Origin: Nemertoderma westbladi
Taxonomy: Eukaryota; Animalia; Xenacoelomorpha
Direction: 5' to 3'
Assembly: GCA_032718475.1 (NCBI GenBank)
Contig: JAUCBJ010006709.1
Coordinates: 1 to 34,595, forward strand
Length of the DNA: 34,595 bases
The translations under genes and the position numbers were made by a program. Positions 1-10,943 of the stretch are shown here, piece by piece. Under the pieces are notes generated by a model. That model worked only from the letters and a program-made list of their open reading frames with translations, searched no databases and was not told where the DNA came from. Numbering within the stretch: the stretch's first letter is position 1; each line of letters starts with the position of its first letter.

Positions 1-282
1 TCATAAAACGCACGAAATTTCTTTGCGTCATCACAATTGAAAAATCTTGGGTAATTAACAATTAATTCCAAATGTGCATTCACTATTACTTCTGTTTGAC
101 CATAGCGATTTCTAAGAGTGGTTAGTGCAACGTGATAATTATCTTCTGATAAAGATAATCCTTGGATTGCCGATAAAGCTGGGCCTTCTAAAAGAGTTTT
201 TAAATAATTGAATTTATCCACTCCATTTAAAGAATTATTTGTACCAATTGCAGAATCAAAACTCTCTATAAAGCCTTGCCAT
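1..282 (-). pseudogene. BEL/Pao LTR retrotransposon Gag fragment (DUF1759-like), runs off window edge
   Basis: Manual minus-strand translation WQGFIESFDSAIGTNNSLNGVDKFNYLKTLLEGPALSAIQGLSLSEDNYHVALTTLRNRYGQTEVIVNAHLELI matches the W..F...F...I..N..L....KF.YL...L.G.A...I.GL.L...NY..A...L..RYG pattern of BEL/Pao Gag; not in ORF track (no start codon). Confidence 0.85.
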
Positions 283-404
283 TCGGCCAACGCGTATTGC
301 AACCATCTTGAATAAGCACTTTTCTTCTATTGGTCCTACGCTGGCCAATGAAATCCCGCGCTCTATATGCTCACCTCTTAGGCACATTAAAAATAGCAGA
401 TCTA

Positions 405-2489
405 ATTCATTTTCCCTCTCCGAAACTTCCCCGGTGAAGTCCAGTATTACCTGTTACACTTAAACCCTAACTCTGCTTCTAATGACAACTTTCCGACTAA
501 ACTTTTACGGCTAGCGGCTGAACCTCTATCTACTCATCTAAGTTATTTAATAAACCTATCAATCTCCCATGGCTTCTATCCAACAACTCTCAAGTCCGCT
601 AAAGTTATTGCTTCCTTCAAAGGGGGCGATCCTACCGACCCCAATAACTTTAGGCCAATATCAATACTACCTGTATTAACTAAGATATACGAACAAATAA
701 TTGCCTCTCAACTCCAGTCTTATATTACTAAATTTTCTATCCTTACTACATGTCAATATGGTTTTAGACCTAAAACTTCAACTTCCCACGCTTTACTTTC
801 TGTGCTAGAACACATCCGCAAAGCACTAGATGATAAACATTCTACATGTGCAATATTTATAGACCTTAGGAAGGTCTTTGATACTCTCAACCACAAAATC
901 CTATTAGACAAACTCGATGCATACGGTATCAGAGGCCTTCCTAATCAACTAATATAATGTTTTTTGTCTAACCGAACACACTCAGTTGTTATTGACGACT
1001 GCTCATCCCCCCTAGAACCTATAACTTGTGGTGATCCTCTAGGATCTACCCTGTCACCACTTCTATTCCTACTCTACATTAATGACCTTCCTAACGCCAC
1101 TAACCTAATATCTACTCTATTTGCGGATGACACTACTCTATATAAATCCAGTAAGGACTTACACCATCTCATCTCAAGCACTAACTCTGAACTAGACAAA
1201 ATATCTGATTGGCTAATCGACAACCGACTATCTCTCAACTTGAAAAAGACTGAATACACCTTTTTTTCTAACACAATCGATAAAGCTTCTACACAGTTAC
1301 CTATACTGCATATAAAATCTAGCACCATTACATATACAAATTTTACAAAATTTCTGGGTATCTGGGTGGACAAAAACTTATCTTGGAAAGCTCATGTCAA
1401 TTACGTAACTAAAAAGATATCAAGGAATTGCGGTATCTTCTACAAACTACGACATATATTTCCCCTACATATACTACGTCAACTCTATTTTAGCTTAATA
1501 CACCCCTACCTAAACTATGGACTTCTACTCTGGGGAAGCGCCCATGCTTCCACTCTAAAACCCTTGAGAATAAAAATAAACAAACTACTCAGATGCATAA
1601 CATTTAGTCACTGGCAAGAATCTTCAGGACCTTTATACAAATCATTAAATATTCTTCCTTTACATCTTCTTTTCAAACATCAGGTTGCCGTTTTCATGTA
1701 TGATATCCACAATCACAATATTAGCCCGGCATCTGATCTCGGTCAATTGTTTAAGAAAACCGCAACCATTCACTCTCATAATACCCGGTCAGTTACACAA
1801 AATAAATTTTATCTGCCTCTATGTAGACTCATAGTAGCACAACGATCCATGAGTTTTCTAGGCCCCACAATCTGGAACGATATCCCCTACCATATACGAC
1901 AATATCTAACAAAGCAATGCTTCTCGAAGCATTACAAAATATTTTTAATAGCCAACATGATTTGATAAATTAATCACGACAGAGTAGACATTGACTAGAC
2001 TACAAATATTAATAAATAAATTAATACTTTCATCTCCCCATATAGGATTGCGCCACAGATTAGAGCAACTCGAGTCAAACGTAAACTAAAATTCGTAAGT
2101 TGGAACTTACGAACATTTAAACATGTGCAAGTACCACGCCCACGACACCCCCCCCCCCCCCCCCACCCCTCCCATCCCCTTTCCACCGCCCAAGCCCCCG
2201 CCCCCCCCCCCCCCCCCTCCGAAATCTTGTATCTAAGAAATACAATAGCATACCATACCTACATCATTCATATTTCACTGGTTGGCGGCGTTCACTAGCA
2301 ACATGCTATTTGCATCCAACCAGGCTATCATCTTTATCATACTATACATTAACCCAATTCATCACCATCAAAACTTTGTTAGATTTATGCAAAATAGTGC
2401 GGTGATGGGGTCTATATAATAAACAGATATGTTGTATTTTTTACGATGATAGTGAAATAAATTGAAATTGAAAATTGAAATTGAAATTG
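405..2489 (+). mobile_element. 5'-truncated CR1/L2-group non-LTR retrotransposon (RT region, 3'UTR, tandem-repeat tail)
   Basis: Frame upstream of ORF 964 reads NFRPISILPVLTKIYE, QYGFRP, IFIDLRKVFDT, then in-frame TAA at 955-957; ORF 964..1965 has GSTLSPLLFLLYINDL, LFADDT, KFLGIWVD; 3'UTR ends in AATAAA followed by (ATTGAA)n-like tail at 2461-2489. 5' boundary approximate. Confidence 0.9.
964..1965 (+). pseudogene. Reverse transcriptase C-terminal part of CR1-like ORF2
   Basis: FADD catalytic motif, LNLKKT, KFLG thumb motifs; preceded by premature stop in same frame. Confidence 0.88.
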
Positions 2490-2499
2490 CAATTGTGGT

Positions 2500-3400
2500 C
2501 ACACTAAAATTTATTTTCTTTGCGGACGACCTGGCATTTCATTCTGCAAACAAAAAGGACATCCAGAAAGGTCTTGATGAATTGCATAAATGGTCTATAA
2601 AAAACTCAATGGAAGTCAATATGAAGAAAACAAAAGTTCTCAAATTCAGGAATGGGGGGAGATTTGCGCACGATGATGTTTTCTACTACGATGGGACAGA
2701 TATTGAATTATGTAACCAGTATGAGTATCTAGAAGTTATCCTACAGCCTTCATTAAGTTTTACAAAACACATTGATAGTAAATAGCGCAAAGCCTTTGCA
2801 GCCATTGGCTGCCTCAGTAACATCCATCGCTGCTCCATAGAAACTGGAATACTAATATTTAACATGCAAATTGATCCAATGGTATCCTATGCTTTCCATG
2901 AAATTGCGCTTTATTTCACCGCTAACAACCTCAAAGAAATTGATAAAATTAAAGGCAGATATGTAAAGCGGCTCCTAAATATTCACAAAAATTCATCCAC
3001 AACATTAGCTTTTAAACTGATTGAATGTCAGTCATATGTAGAAAAACTAGCAACCAAGTACCCCTTTAATACGGAAGCGCTAAATGAATATCGTTCATAC
3101 AGAATGGGAAGGGAACTAAACTTTGTACAGCAAAATTTCCTACAAGGACCGGCCTTCAAGTCGACAACATGGAAAAACTCAAACCAAAGATACCACCATT
3201 TGATTACAAGGGCTACATTGCACGGCTTCCATCATAAACTGTGCACTGACTTGACACCATTCCACGATATCAATAACACGACCTGTGCCGACTCTGTACA
3301 TCTCCAGAACAGTGTGACCTGCTATTATCAAAACCGAATCATGAGCGCTTCATCTCATTCTCCCCCTATCTCAGTGGTCACACTTTTACTAAAGAAGTAG
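2500..3400 (+). mobile_element. Second non-LTR retrotransposon fragment (RTEX/RTE-like RT C-terminal half), degraded
   Basis: FFADDL, VNMKKTKVLKFRNGG, YEYLEV (degenerate YLG) in ORF 2462..2785; stop at 2783-2785, continues in 2864..3400. Clade assignment tentative. Confidence 0.75.
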
Positions 3401-3401
3401 C

Positions 3402-3963
3402 AGTACTCAATCAAGCTGTATTTATTGGGGCAACCATCTTAGATCTTTCAAAGCTAGAGATGTATGATTACTATTACTGTAAACTGAAACCTCTTGAAGA
3501 AAAGCTGAGATGTGAAATTCGAGCCTTAGCCGGGGACACCGACAGTTTCTTTCTTTCGGTTACCGGTTACTTCAAATTACGATCCCTCACACCCCCTCTT
3601 TACAAATCAAAACAAGGCTTCCTTAGGTTTTTTGAAAGATGAAAGTAGAGGTCTATTATACAAATCATTTGTATTTTTGAAACCGAAAATGTATTCATTC
3701 GAGTCATACGATGCGCAGCCAAAGCGGACTTGCAAAGGAATTTCAAAAAATATTGTAGCCAAGCAATTAACACAAACACTATTTAGACTGTTTTAACAAC
3801 GAATCAACAGATTACACAAACAATACAATATTTACTTCAAGGGAGCATCAAATGTTTACAGGGAGAATAAAAAAAAAACAATAAGTCTCTGGGATTCAAA
3901 ATCATTCTGGATGACGAAATATTACAGTAGACCATATGGCCACTATATTACAGGATTAACTAA
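3402..3963 (+). pseudogene. Protein-primed family B DNA polymerase (pPolB) C-terminal fragment
   Basis: Manual translation: VFIGATILDLSKLEMYDYYY, GDTDSFF (motif C), FVFLKPKMYSF, KRTCKGISK, terminal SRPYGHY; several frameshifts. Confidence 0.9.
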
Positions 3964-3998
3964 ACCAACAAAAAAAACTGTAATACCACCTTATTTAG

Positions 3999-4538
3999 TT
4001 GCAGAATAAAATACCATACAAAGCAAGCAGCAGATCATCACCAATTCAAATAATCAATCGTCAATATACAGCTCAAACTGAATTTCCAATTGATATAATC
4101 AAAGTTTCTCAACAACTAAAAGGTCAGATACGGCAAAATCCAAAAATGTTTGTGTATAAGACTGAATCTGCGACAATTATGCTATTCCCAACTGGTTCAA
4201 TAACAATAGTGGGTCCATGTAAAAATATTTATAATGATTTACTTTATCTGAAACAATGTACCAACATACTAATTAAGAAAATTAAATTAAATACAGTGAC
4301 CAGACTAATTAAGCTACCATCTCTTAATTTTAAATCATTAAGTAAAAAGTGTGGACATCATTTTGTAAACAATGTAAAGGTATATATTGATTTTACACCG
4401 GAGCTCTTTTGTGGAATTCGATTGTTTATTGGGCGATGTTATTTCAGTGTCTTTCACTCAATGAAAGTTATAAGTATGTGTCCTGTTGGTGATTTTGAAG
4501 AAGCTCTTATTATATTATTTAGTTTATTGAATAAATAA
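3999..4538 (+). CDS. TATA-binding protein (TBP)-like protein carried by the Polinton
   Basis: Two TBP-like half repeats: PKMFVYKTESATIMLFPTGSITIVG and FTPELFCGIRLFIGRCYFSVFHSMKVISM (cf. TBP PELF.GL...IF.SGK.V..G); about 180 aa, intronless; no ATG start, so the N-terminus may be damaged. Confidence 0.7.
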   Translation: MQNKIPYKASSRSSPIQIINRQYTAQTEFPIDIIKVSQQLKGQIRQNPKMFVYKTESATIMLFPTGSITIVGPCKNIYNDLLYLKQCTNILIKKIKLNTVTRLIKLPSLNFKSLSKKCGHHFVNNVKVYIDFTPELFCGIRLFIGRCYFSVFHSMKVISMCPVGDFEEALIILFSLLNK

Positions 4539-4554
4539 GTAAAATTAACTCGGT

Positions 4555-4770
4555 TGATTATACTATGTCATTATACTGTAAATGTTTTTGTATTATTCAG
4601 GTGATTATATACTGTTTGTATAACTATATAATATACTGTATGTAATTATATTATCTCTCAATATACTATATGTCATTATACTGTATGTGCGCGTGCGGTT
4701 TTATATATTTATGTGATTATACTGTATGTGGTTCTATATATTCATGTAACATATATACTAATTATAGTTT
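4555..4770. repeat. Degenerate short tandem repeat (ATTATACTGTATGT-like units) between convergent genes
   Basis: Repeated tactatgtcattatactgta / gtgattatactgtatgtg units. Confidence 0.6.
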
Positions 4771-4800
4771 TTATTAAATTTATGCAAAAAATATATTGAT

Positions 4801-5249
4801 TTATATTTTTAATAACATCTTACCTTGAGAACAATTCTCCCAATCTTCACAAAAATCTTCCCAAGTAATGGGGTCCCAGTCCCACCTCTCCTCACCAAAC
4901 CCTTCCAGAAGGAAGTCACTCACTTCATCCTCCCTTTCCAATTCCTCCAACAGATTGTGCTCCCAAAAGTTAGTGGGGGTTCTACGCCACTCCTCCAACT
5001 CCATCTCAGTCTCTCCCACGCCTAACACACATGAAATACAATCATTCTCTGAATTGAGATCCTCTTCCTCATCTTGGTCAAAATCGAGGTTCTCATCTTG
5101 TTCTATATCATCTAGCAGGGTCTCTTCGGAGATAGCCGTTACTATTGACAGCAATAGGTACACTGCGTTGTTGTGTTGGAGGCAGAGTCGTTGGTGTAGC
5201 AACGCATTGCGTTGGAGACAGGATCGATGGTGTTCAAATATGACGACAT
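4801..5249 (-). CDS. Highly acidic, Trp-rich hypothetical protein (Polinton accessory, probably frameshifted)
   Basis: ORF 4801..5202 is very D/E-rich; an ATG at 5249 lies 32 nt downstream of TATAAATAAA but in a different frame. Confidence 0.5.
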
Positions 5250-5281
5250 AATGCGAAGCAGTGAGGTTCAGTTTATTTATA
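5250..5281 (-). promoter_or_regulatory. Candidate TATA-box core promoter
   Basis: Minus strand reads TATAAATAAACTGAACCTCACTGCTTCGCATT-ATG: TATA box with CATT initiator-like motif about 28 nt downstream. Confidence 0.4.
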
Positions 5282-5584
5282 ATGGGGTAAGTTTATTGAA
5301 GATGAAATAAAGGTTAAATTAAGGTGAAATAAAATTTCAAATTTTCCTTCTTTTGATACAAACCGAGAATGATAAAGGGATTATTTCCCTACATTTTCAT
5401 TGGCTAACAATCCGTAAGACCAAGTTTTGTTTATTAGTTGATTAGTTTATTTAAATATTTACTAAATCCGCTAGATGGCATGCATTTATGCCGCGAATAT
5501 TAGTTTCACATTATACTGTATAAACGTTAAAAGTCAATTATTATTTTAATAGATATAATAATATTTGTATTATATAAGGAAAAC

Positions 5585-6133
5585 ATGATGAATATAGTAG
5601 ATATGCGGTTTCGTTTTGGTAGTACAATATTAATAGCCAGTCCTAGTGGTAGTGGGAAAACTTCTTTTTTGGAGAAAATGTTATTAAATAGGAAATTGAT
5701 CTTTAACGAAACTCCAAACAGTATTACTTGGTTTTATGGACAGACGAAACCAATAATTAATGGGGTTAATATTACTGCTTTAAATGAAATTCCAGAACAC
5801 TTTAATGAAAATGTGAAAAACCATTCTATCATTATAATTGACGATTTGATGACAGAACTACAAAATTCCAAACAAGTGACTACGCTATTTACTAAAGTAG
5901 CTCGACATACAAATTCATTGGTAATTTTTCTCACTCAAAACCTTTATCAAAAAGGAGGAGCATCTAGGACCCGTTCCATTAATTCCACATATTTCTTATT
6001 GCTCAAAAATCCTTTAGTTATATTATACTTATTTGTGGTTTATCGTCGACGAAAGTTTCTTAAATTTCTTAATATTATAGAACAAGTATGGAACATAATA
6101 TACGAAAGTATAGGAAAGAATTATAATTTTTGA
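5585..6133 (+). pseudogene. Genome-packaging ATPase (A32/FtsK-HerA family), C-terminally damaged
   Basis: Walker A SPSGSGKT, Walker B IIIIDDLM, ARH, FLTQN, RTRSINSTY; sequence loses family character after LLKNP. Confidence 0.9.
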
Positions 6134-6400
6134 AAAATAGCAACGCATTAGCGCGAGGAGCATTTATTCGAAAAAACGCTAGTAGCGAATTAATACGACT
6201 TCTCGTTAATATTACACTGAATACGCTCTATGGGAATATAAATATTGATGGAAAGATTGTTAAAAAATTGAAGCCATATAAGAAATATATGAGGCGATTG
6301 AAATCGAAAAATTCAGTTTCACTTCAAAGACGTTCTCTCTCTCTCAGGCTGGAGGGTTCCTCCCACTTATTTTGCCACTGTTGATAGGCGCCACAAACAT
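6130..6400 (+). pseudogene. Small basic conserved Polinton virion protein (QxGG-hydrophobic tail type), frameshifted
   Basis: LLVNITLNTLYGNI...KKLKPYKKYMRRL, followed in a shifted frame by QAGGFLPLILPLL (cag gct gga ggg ttc ctc cca ctt att ttg cca ctg ttg); typical position after the ATPase. Confidence 0.6.
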
Positions 6401-6703
6401 TGCCACAACTGTTGCCACAGCGTTAACATAACCATGTCATTCAAGAAACTATATTTAATAACCCCCAAACAACATGCTAGGTTGCAACCAACACAGTTGA
6501 AAACTAAACCATTAATTAAAGAAACAAAGAAAAAAGGTCAAAATAAACGGACAATAAACAATAGAAGAAAAGTGTTGAGACTGTTTGATTATACGCGTCA
6601 CAAATCGCGAAAATAATGTCTTGGTTAAAAAAACTTTCAGTAACTTGCAATTTTCGTTGTCTGTGCAATTCTAGCAGTGTTACCTATGGCTATGATCAAC
6701 TAG

Positions 6704-7699
6704 ATGGTAGAAAAACGCTTACTTAGCCAAAGCTTACTACAATCCTTCAAGTGTTGCAGGGTTTTCCACTCTAGGAAAGCTAGCAAAAGAGACAGGGGTC
6801 AATCCAAAACTCGTGAAAAGATGGCTTCAAAGTCAGCAGACCTACACATTGCATGCCCCGGCGAGGCATCTGTTTCCCACAAGCCGAATGTATTTTTATG
6901 GTATTAGTGATACCATTCAGGCAGATTTAATAGATATGCAAAAATTTCGCGCAACAAACTCAGGTTATGGATATATTCTAACCGCAATCAACTGTTTTAG
7001 TAAGAAGGGATGGGCATTACCATTGAAACGGAAGACTGGTATTGAAATTAAACATGCACTACAGTCTATTTTTACTGAAGAAGTACCACGTAATTTATGT
7101 ACAGATCAAGGTTTGGAATTCGACAATAAAGTTGTACTCAATTACTTGAAAATGAAAAAAGTTAAATATTATACAACACGATCGCAGTTCAAAGCAGCCA
7201 TTTGTGAAAGGTATAATAGAACATTGAAGACAAAGATGTATAAAATTTTCAGTAGAAGAGGCAATTATAAGTGGCTTGCTATTCTAGCAAAAATTGTATA
7301 CTCATATAATAATTCTATGCATAGATCTATTGGAATGCCCCCAGTTCAAGTCAATAAGTCGAATGAAGATAATGTGAGAAGAAAACTCTTCGGAAATTTA
7401 GCTAAAACGGCGTTTGAAAAAGGTTATACAAAAAATTGGACGGGTGAGGTGTTTACTGTGAAACGTATAAGCTAGATCGTTTTCCTCAGCCTATGTATCA
7501 TATAATAGATTCAGTAGATAGAGAAATAGAAGGAACATTTTACCCTCACGAATTGCAGACGGTGACACAAACAACTGATATTCAGCCAATCGAGTCCATT
7601 TTGAAGTCTCGAATAAAAAATGGTCGGAAGGAATTCCTTGTAAAATTTAAAAACTATAAACGGAACTCTTGGTTGAATGAGTCCCAACTACGTAAATAA
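6704..7699 (+). pseudogene. Retroviral-like (RVE) integrase with C-terminal chromodomain
   Basis: DDE triad QADLID / TDQGLEF / ICERYNRTLK; KGYTKNWTGEVF; GTFYPHELQ; chromo-like KEFLVKFKNY..NSW; N-terminal YYNPSSVAGF; in-frame stop at 7473-7475. Confidence 0.93.
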
Positions 7700-7710
7700 A
7701 TCAACAAAAA

Positions 7711-8541
7711 ATGAATAACTATATAACTTTATTCTCAAATGGACCTACAAACAAATTTCCTGATAATACCCTTTCGAAATTTACGGTTGATCTACCATTA
7801 CAATCAATCTCAGTGGTAATGTAGAAAGAAGTGAGACTATCTGAAATTCAATACTGTTCCTCATTCTATAATATACGTCAACAATCTCTGTTTACAATTT
7901 ATTATGGAGATAGGACATCGCAAGTTGTTCAATTTGAACCAGGACTATATACGAGTGTAGAAGCCAGTATTAATAAAATCAATCAACAAATTGATCACCC
8001 GAAGTGGCCCCATATTCAATATTTCAAATACTCAAATAAAATCGAGCTCGCTACTTCACAACACTTTTCTTTTGAAATTACTGGAAATTTGATTACAATA
8101 CTCGGTTTTGAGGAGTTTACGCAGGATAATGATCCGAGGGATGTACCTTATCTAGCTAATTGGTATGATTATTGGAGTGTAAATGTTAGTGAATTTGGCT
8201 CTTTAACATTCAAACTGCAACCGGGTCAGCGTGCTCAATTTAGAGGGATTTGTCCCTTTTCTTGCGATTTAGTCTTAGGGTGACATAATTTGTTTATCTA
8301 TAGTGACATTACTTCTCATGTGACTGTAGGAAATACGACAGCACCATTATTACGCACGATACCTCTTAAACTTGAGCATAATAAAGTTATAACACGCGAA
8401 TTTAAAAAAATTTATTACAGACCAGTTGCTAGAACAGTTGTTAATCAGATAAATATTGAATTACGCAATGAAAAAGGAGAACTAATATTATTTAATGGAG
8501 GTGCAACAATAATTACCCTACACTTAAAAAGTAAGTCATAA
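7711..8541 (+). pseudogene. Minor capsid protein (penton-like) paralog 1, copy 1
   Basis: MNNYITLFSN..FPDNTLSKFTVDLP N-terminus, LSEIQY, C-terminal FIYSDI..VGNTTAPLLRTI..YRPV..INIELRNEKGELI.F..G..IITLHL; internal stops including TGA 8281-8283. Confidence 0.8.
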
Positions 8542-9240
8542 TCGAGAAAATATTATATTTACCCTCGAATTCTTCACCTAAACGATTTCCATTAAATCAA
8601 CCTTCTAACTTTAATGTGGAACTATCTGAACCATTGCGTTTTAGTGGAAAGTGGATGGTGGGTTTGTCAGAAATTGTTTACCTCTCCTCGGTTCATAATT
8701 TAGAAGATACATTCATTTATATTCGGAGTTTACAAGGAACTAAAAGAAAATATATAATACCATCTGGTTGCTATACTGATGTGGAGGCGTTGCTTACACA
8801 GCTAAATATAGATGGTCTCAATTCCCATTTAGAACTAAGACAAAATGAGCTTTATGACAACATTAGTATTCAGTTTATCGGTGAAAGTAAAGTTGTTCGT
8901 TTTTATGGAGATAAGTTGATTGAGTTACTTGGATTACGGGGATTAGAAAATGAGTATTATGTTAATAAAAATAAATTTCTTGTTAGCTTAAAAAATGATT
9001 ATCTACAAATAATGCAAAGAGGGGAAATAGAGGGTGATTCTGATTTATTACATATTCAAAAAGCAGCAAATGTTTTTATGGGAAACATTAGTATGTTTTC
9101 AAATATTTGCGGAAATGAGATTGTTGTAAATCAACTGAAACCCCTCTTAAGATCTATTCCTTATCAAGGAGATTATGGTAAGCTTGTTCATCACGAATTC
9201 ACAAATATTAATTATAAATCCATTGATATGCAAAATATAG
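8541..9240 (+). pseudogene. Minor capsid protein paralog 2, copy 1 (truncated by the duplication junction)
   Basis: LYLPSNSS..FPLNQPSNFNVELSEPLRFSGKWMVGLSEI; PLLRSIP; ends fused to the integrase tail DSWLNESQLRK. Confidence 0.8.
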
Positions 9241-9286
9241 ACTCTTGGTTGAACGAGTCCCAACTACGTAAATAAATCAACAAAAA

Positions 9287-10118
9287 ATGAATAACTATAT
9301 AACTTTATTCTCAAATGGACCTACAAACAAATTTCCTGATAATACCCTTTCGAAATTTACGGTTGATCTACCATATACAATCAATCTCAGTGGTAATGTA
9401 GAAAGAAGTGAGACTATCTGAAATTCAATACTGTTCCTCATTCTGTAATATACGTCAACAATCTCTGTTTACAATTTATTATGGAGATAGGACATCGCAA
9501 GTTGTTCAATTTGAACCAGGACTATATACGAGTGTAGAAGCCAGTATTAATAAAATCAATCAACAAATTGATCACCCGAAGTGGCCCCATATTCAATATT
9601 TCAAATACTCAAATAAAATCGAGCTCGCTACTTCACAACACTTTTCTTTTGAAATTACTGGAAATTTGATTACAATACTCGGTTTTGAGGAGTTTACGCA
9701 GGATAATGATCCGAGGGATGTACCTTATCTAGCTAATCGGTATGATTATTGGAGTGTAAATGTTAGTGAATTTGGCTCTTTAACATTCAAACAGCAACCG
9801 GGTCAGCGTGCTCAATTTAGAGGGATTTGTCCCTTTTCTTGCGATTTAGTCTTAGGGTGACATAATTTGTTTATCTATAGTGACATTACTTCTTATGTGA
9901 CTGTAGGAAATACGACAGCACCATTATTACGCACGATACCTCTTAAACTTGAGCATAATAAAGTTATAACACGCGAATTTAAAAAAATTTATTACAGACC
10001 AGTTGCTAGCACAGTTGTTAATCAGATAAATATTGAATTACGCAATGAAAAAGGAGAACTAATATTATTTAATGGAGGTGCAACAATAATTACCCTACAC
10101 TTAAAAAGTAAGTCATAA
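9287..10118 (+). pseudogene. Minor capsid protein paralog 1, copy 2
   Basis: Duplicate of 7711..8541; shares the TGA (9858-9860) and has a frameshift before LSEIQY. Confidence 0.8.
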
Positions 10119-10912
10119 TCGAGAAAATATTATATTTACCCTCGAATTCTTCACCTAAACGATTTCCATTAAATCAACCTTCTAACTTTAATGTGGAACT
10201 ATCTGAACCATTGCGTTTTAGTGGAAAGTGGATGGTGGGTTTGTCAGAAATTGTTTACCTCTCCTCGGTTAATAATTTAGAAGATACATTCATTTATATT
10301 CGGAGTTTACAAGGAACTAAAAGAAAATATATAATACCATCTGGTTGCTATACTGATGTGGAGGCGTTGCTTACACAGCTAAATATAGATGGTCTCAATT
10401 CCCATTTAGAACTAAGACAAAATGAGCTTTATGACAACATTAGTATTCAGTTTATCGGTGAAAGTAAAGTTGTTCGTTTTTATGGAGATAAGTTGATTGA
10501 GTTACTTGGATTACGGGGATTAGAAAATGAGTATTATGTTAATAAAAATAAATTTCTTGTTAGCTTAAAAAATGATTATCTACAAATAATGCAAAGAGGG
10601 GAAATAGAGGGTGATTCTGATTTATTACATATTCAAAAAGCAGCAAATGTTTTTATGGGAAACATTAGTATGTTTTCAAATATTTGCGGAAATGAGATTG
10701 TTGTAAATCAACTGAAACCCCTCTTAAGATCTATTCCTTATCAAGGAGATTATGGTAAGCTTGTTCATCACGAATTCACAAATATTAATTATAAATCCAT
10801 TGATATGCAAAATATAGAAACAATAAATATACAGTTAAAAAATGATCGAGATGAATTCATAAAGTTTAATAATGGTACTGTAATTGCGACATTAATTTTG
10901 AAACGCCAATAA
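10118..10912 (+). CDS. Minor capsid protein paralog 2, copy 2 (complete frame; start codon apparently mutated to ATC)
   Basis: Open from ATC at 10118 through ..TINIQLKNDRDEFIKFNNGTVIATLILKRQ; TAATC overlap resembles a mutated TAATG stop/start coupling. Confidence 0.78.
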   Translation: MEKILYLPSNSSPKRFPLNQPSNFNVELSEPLRFSGKWMVGLSEIVYLSSVNNLEDTFIYIRSLQGTKRKYIIPSGCYTDVEALLTQLNIDGLNSHLELRQNELYDNISIQFIGESKVVRFYGDKLIELLGLRGLENEYYVNKNKFLVSLKNDYLQIMQRGEIEGDSDLLHIQKAANVFMGNISMFSNICGNEIVVNQLKPLLRSIPYQGDYGKLVHHEFTNINYKSIDMQNIETINIQLKNDRDEFIKFNNGTVIATLILKRQ

Positions 10913-10943
10913 ACGATAAATAAGGAGATATATTCAGGAAGCA

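Larger units (their letters stand above)
7665..10817 (+). repeat. Near-perfect tandem duplication: 7665-9240 and 9241-10817
   Basis: Both copies begin actcttggttgaa(t/c)gagtccc and end gatatgcaaaatatag; about 8 differences seen by eye, including a 1-bp indel. Confidence 0.97.

Noticed and set aside
1995-2220. G-rich minus ORF and poly-C tracts
   Set aside because: Low-complexity tract within the LINE 3'UTR; not coding.
4825-5251. Ser-rich plus-strand ORFs
   Set aside because: Antisense shadows of the acidic minus-strand ORF.
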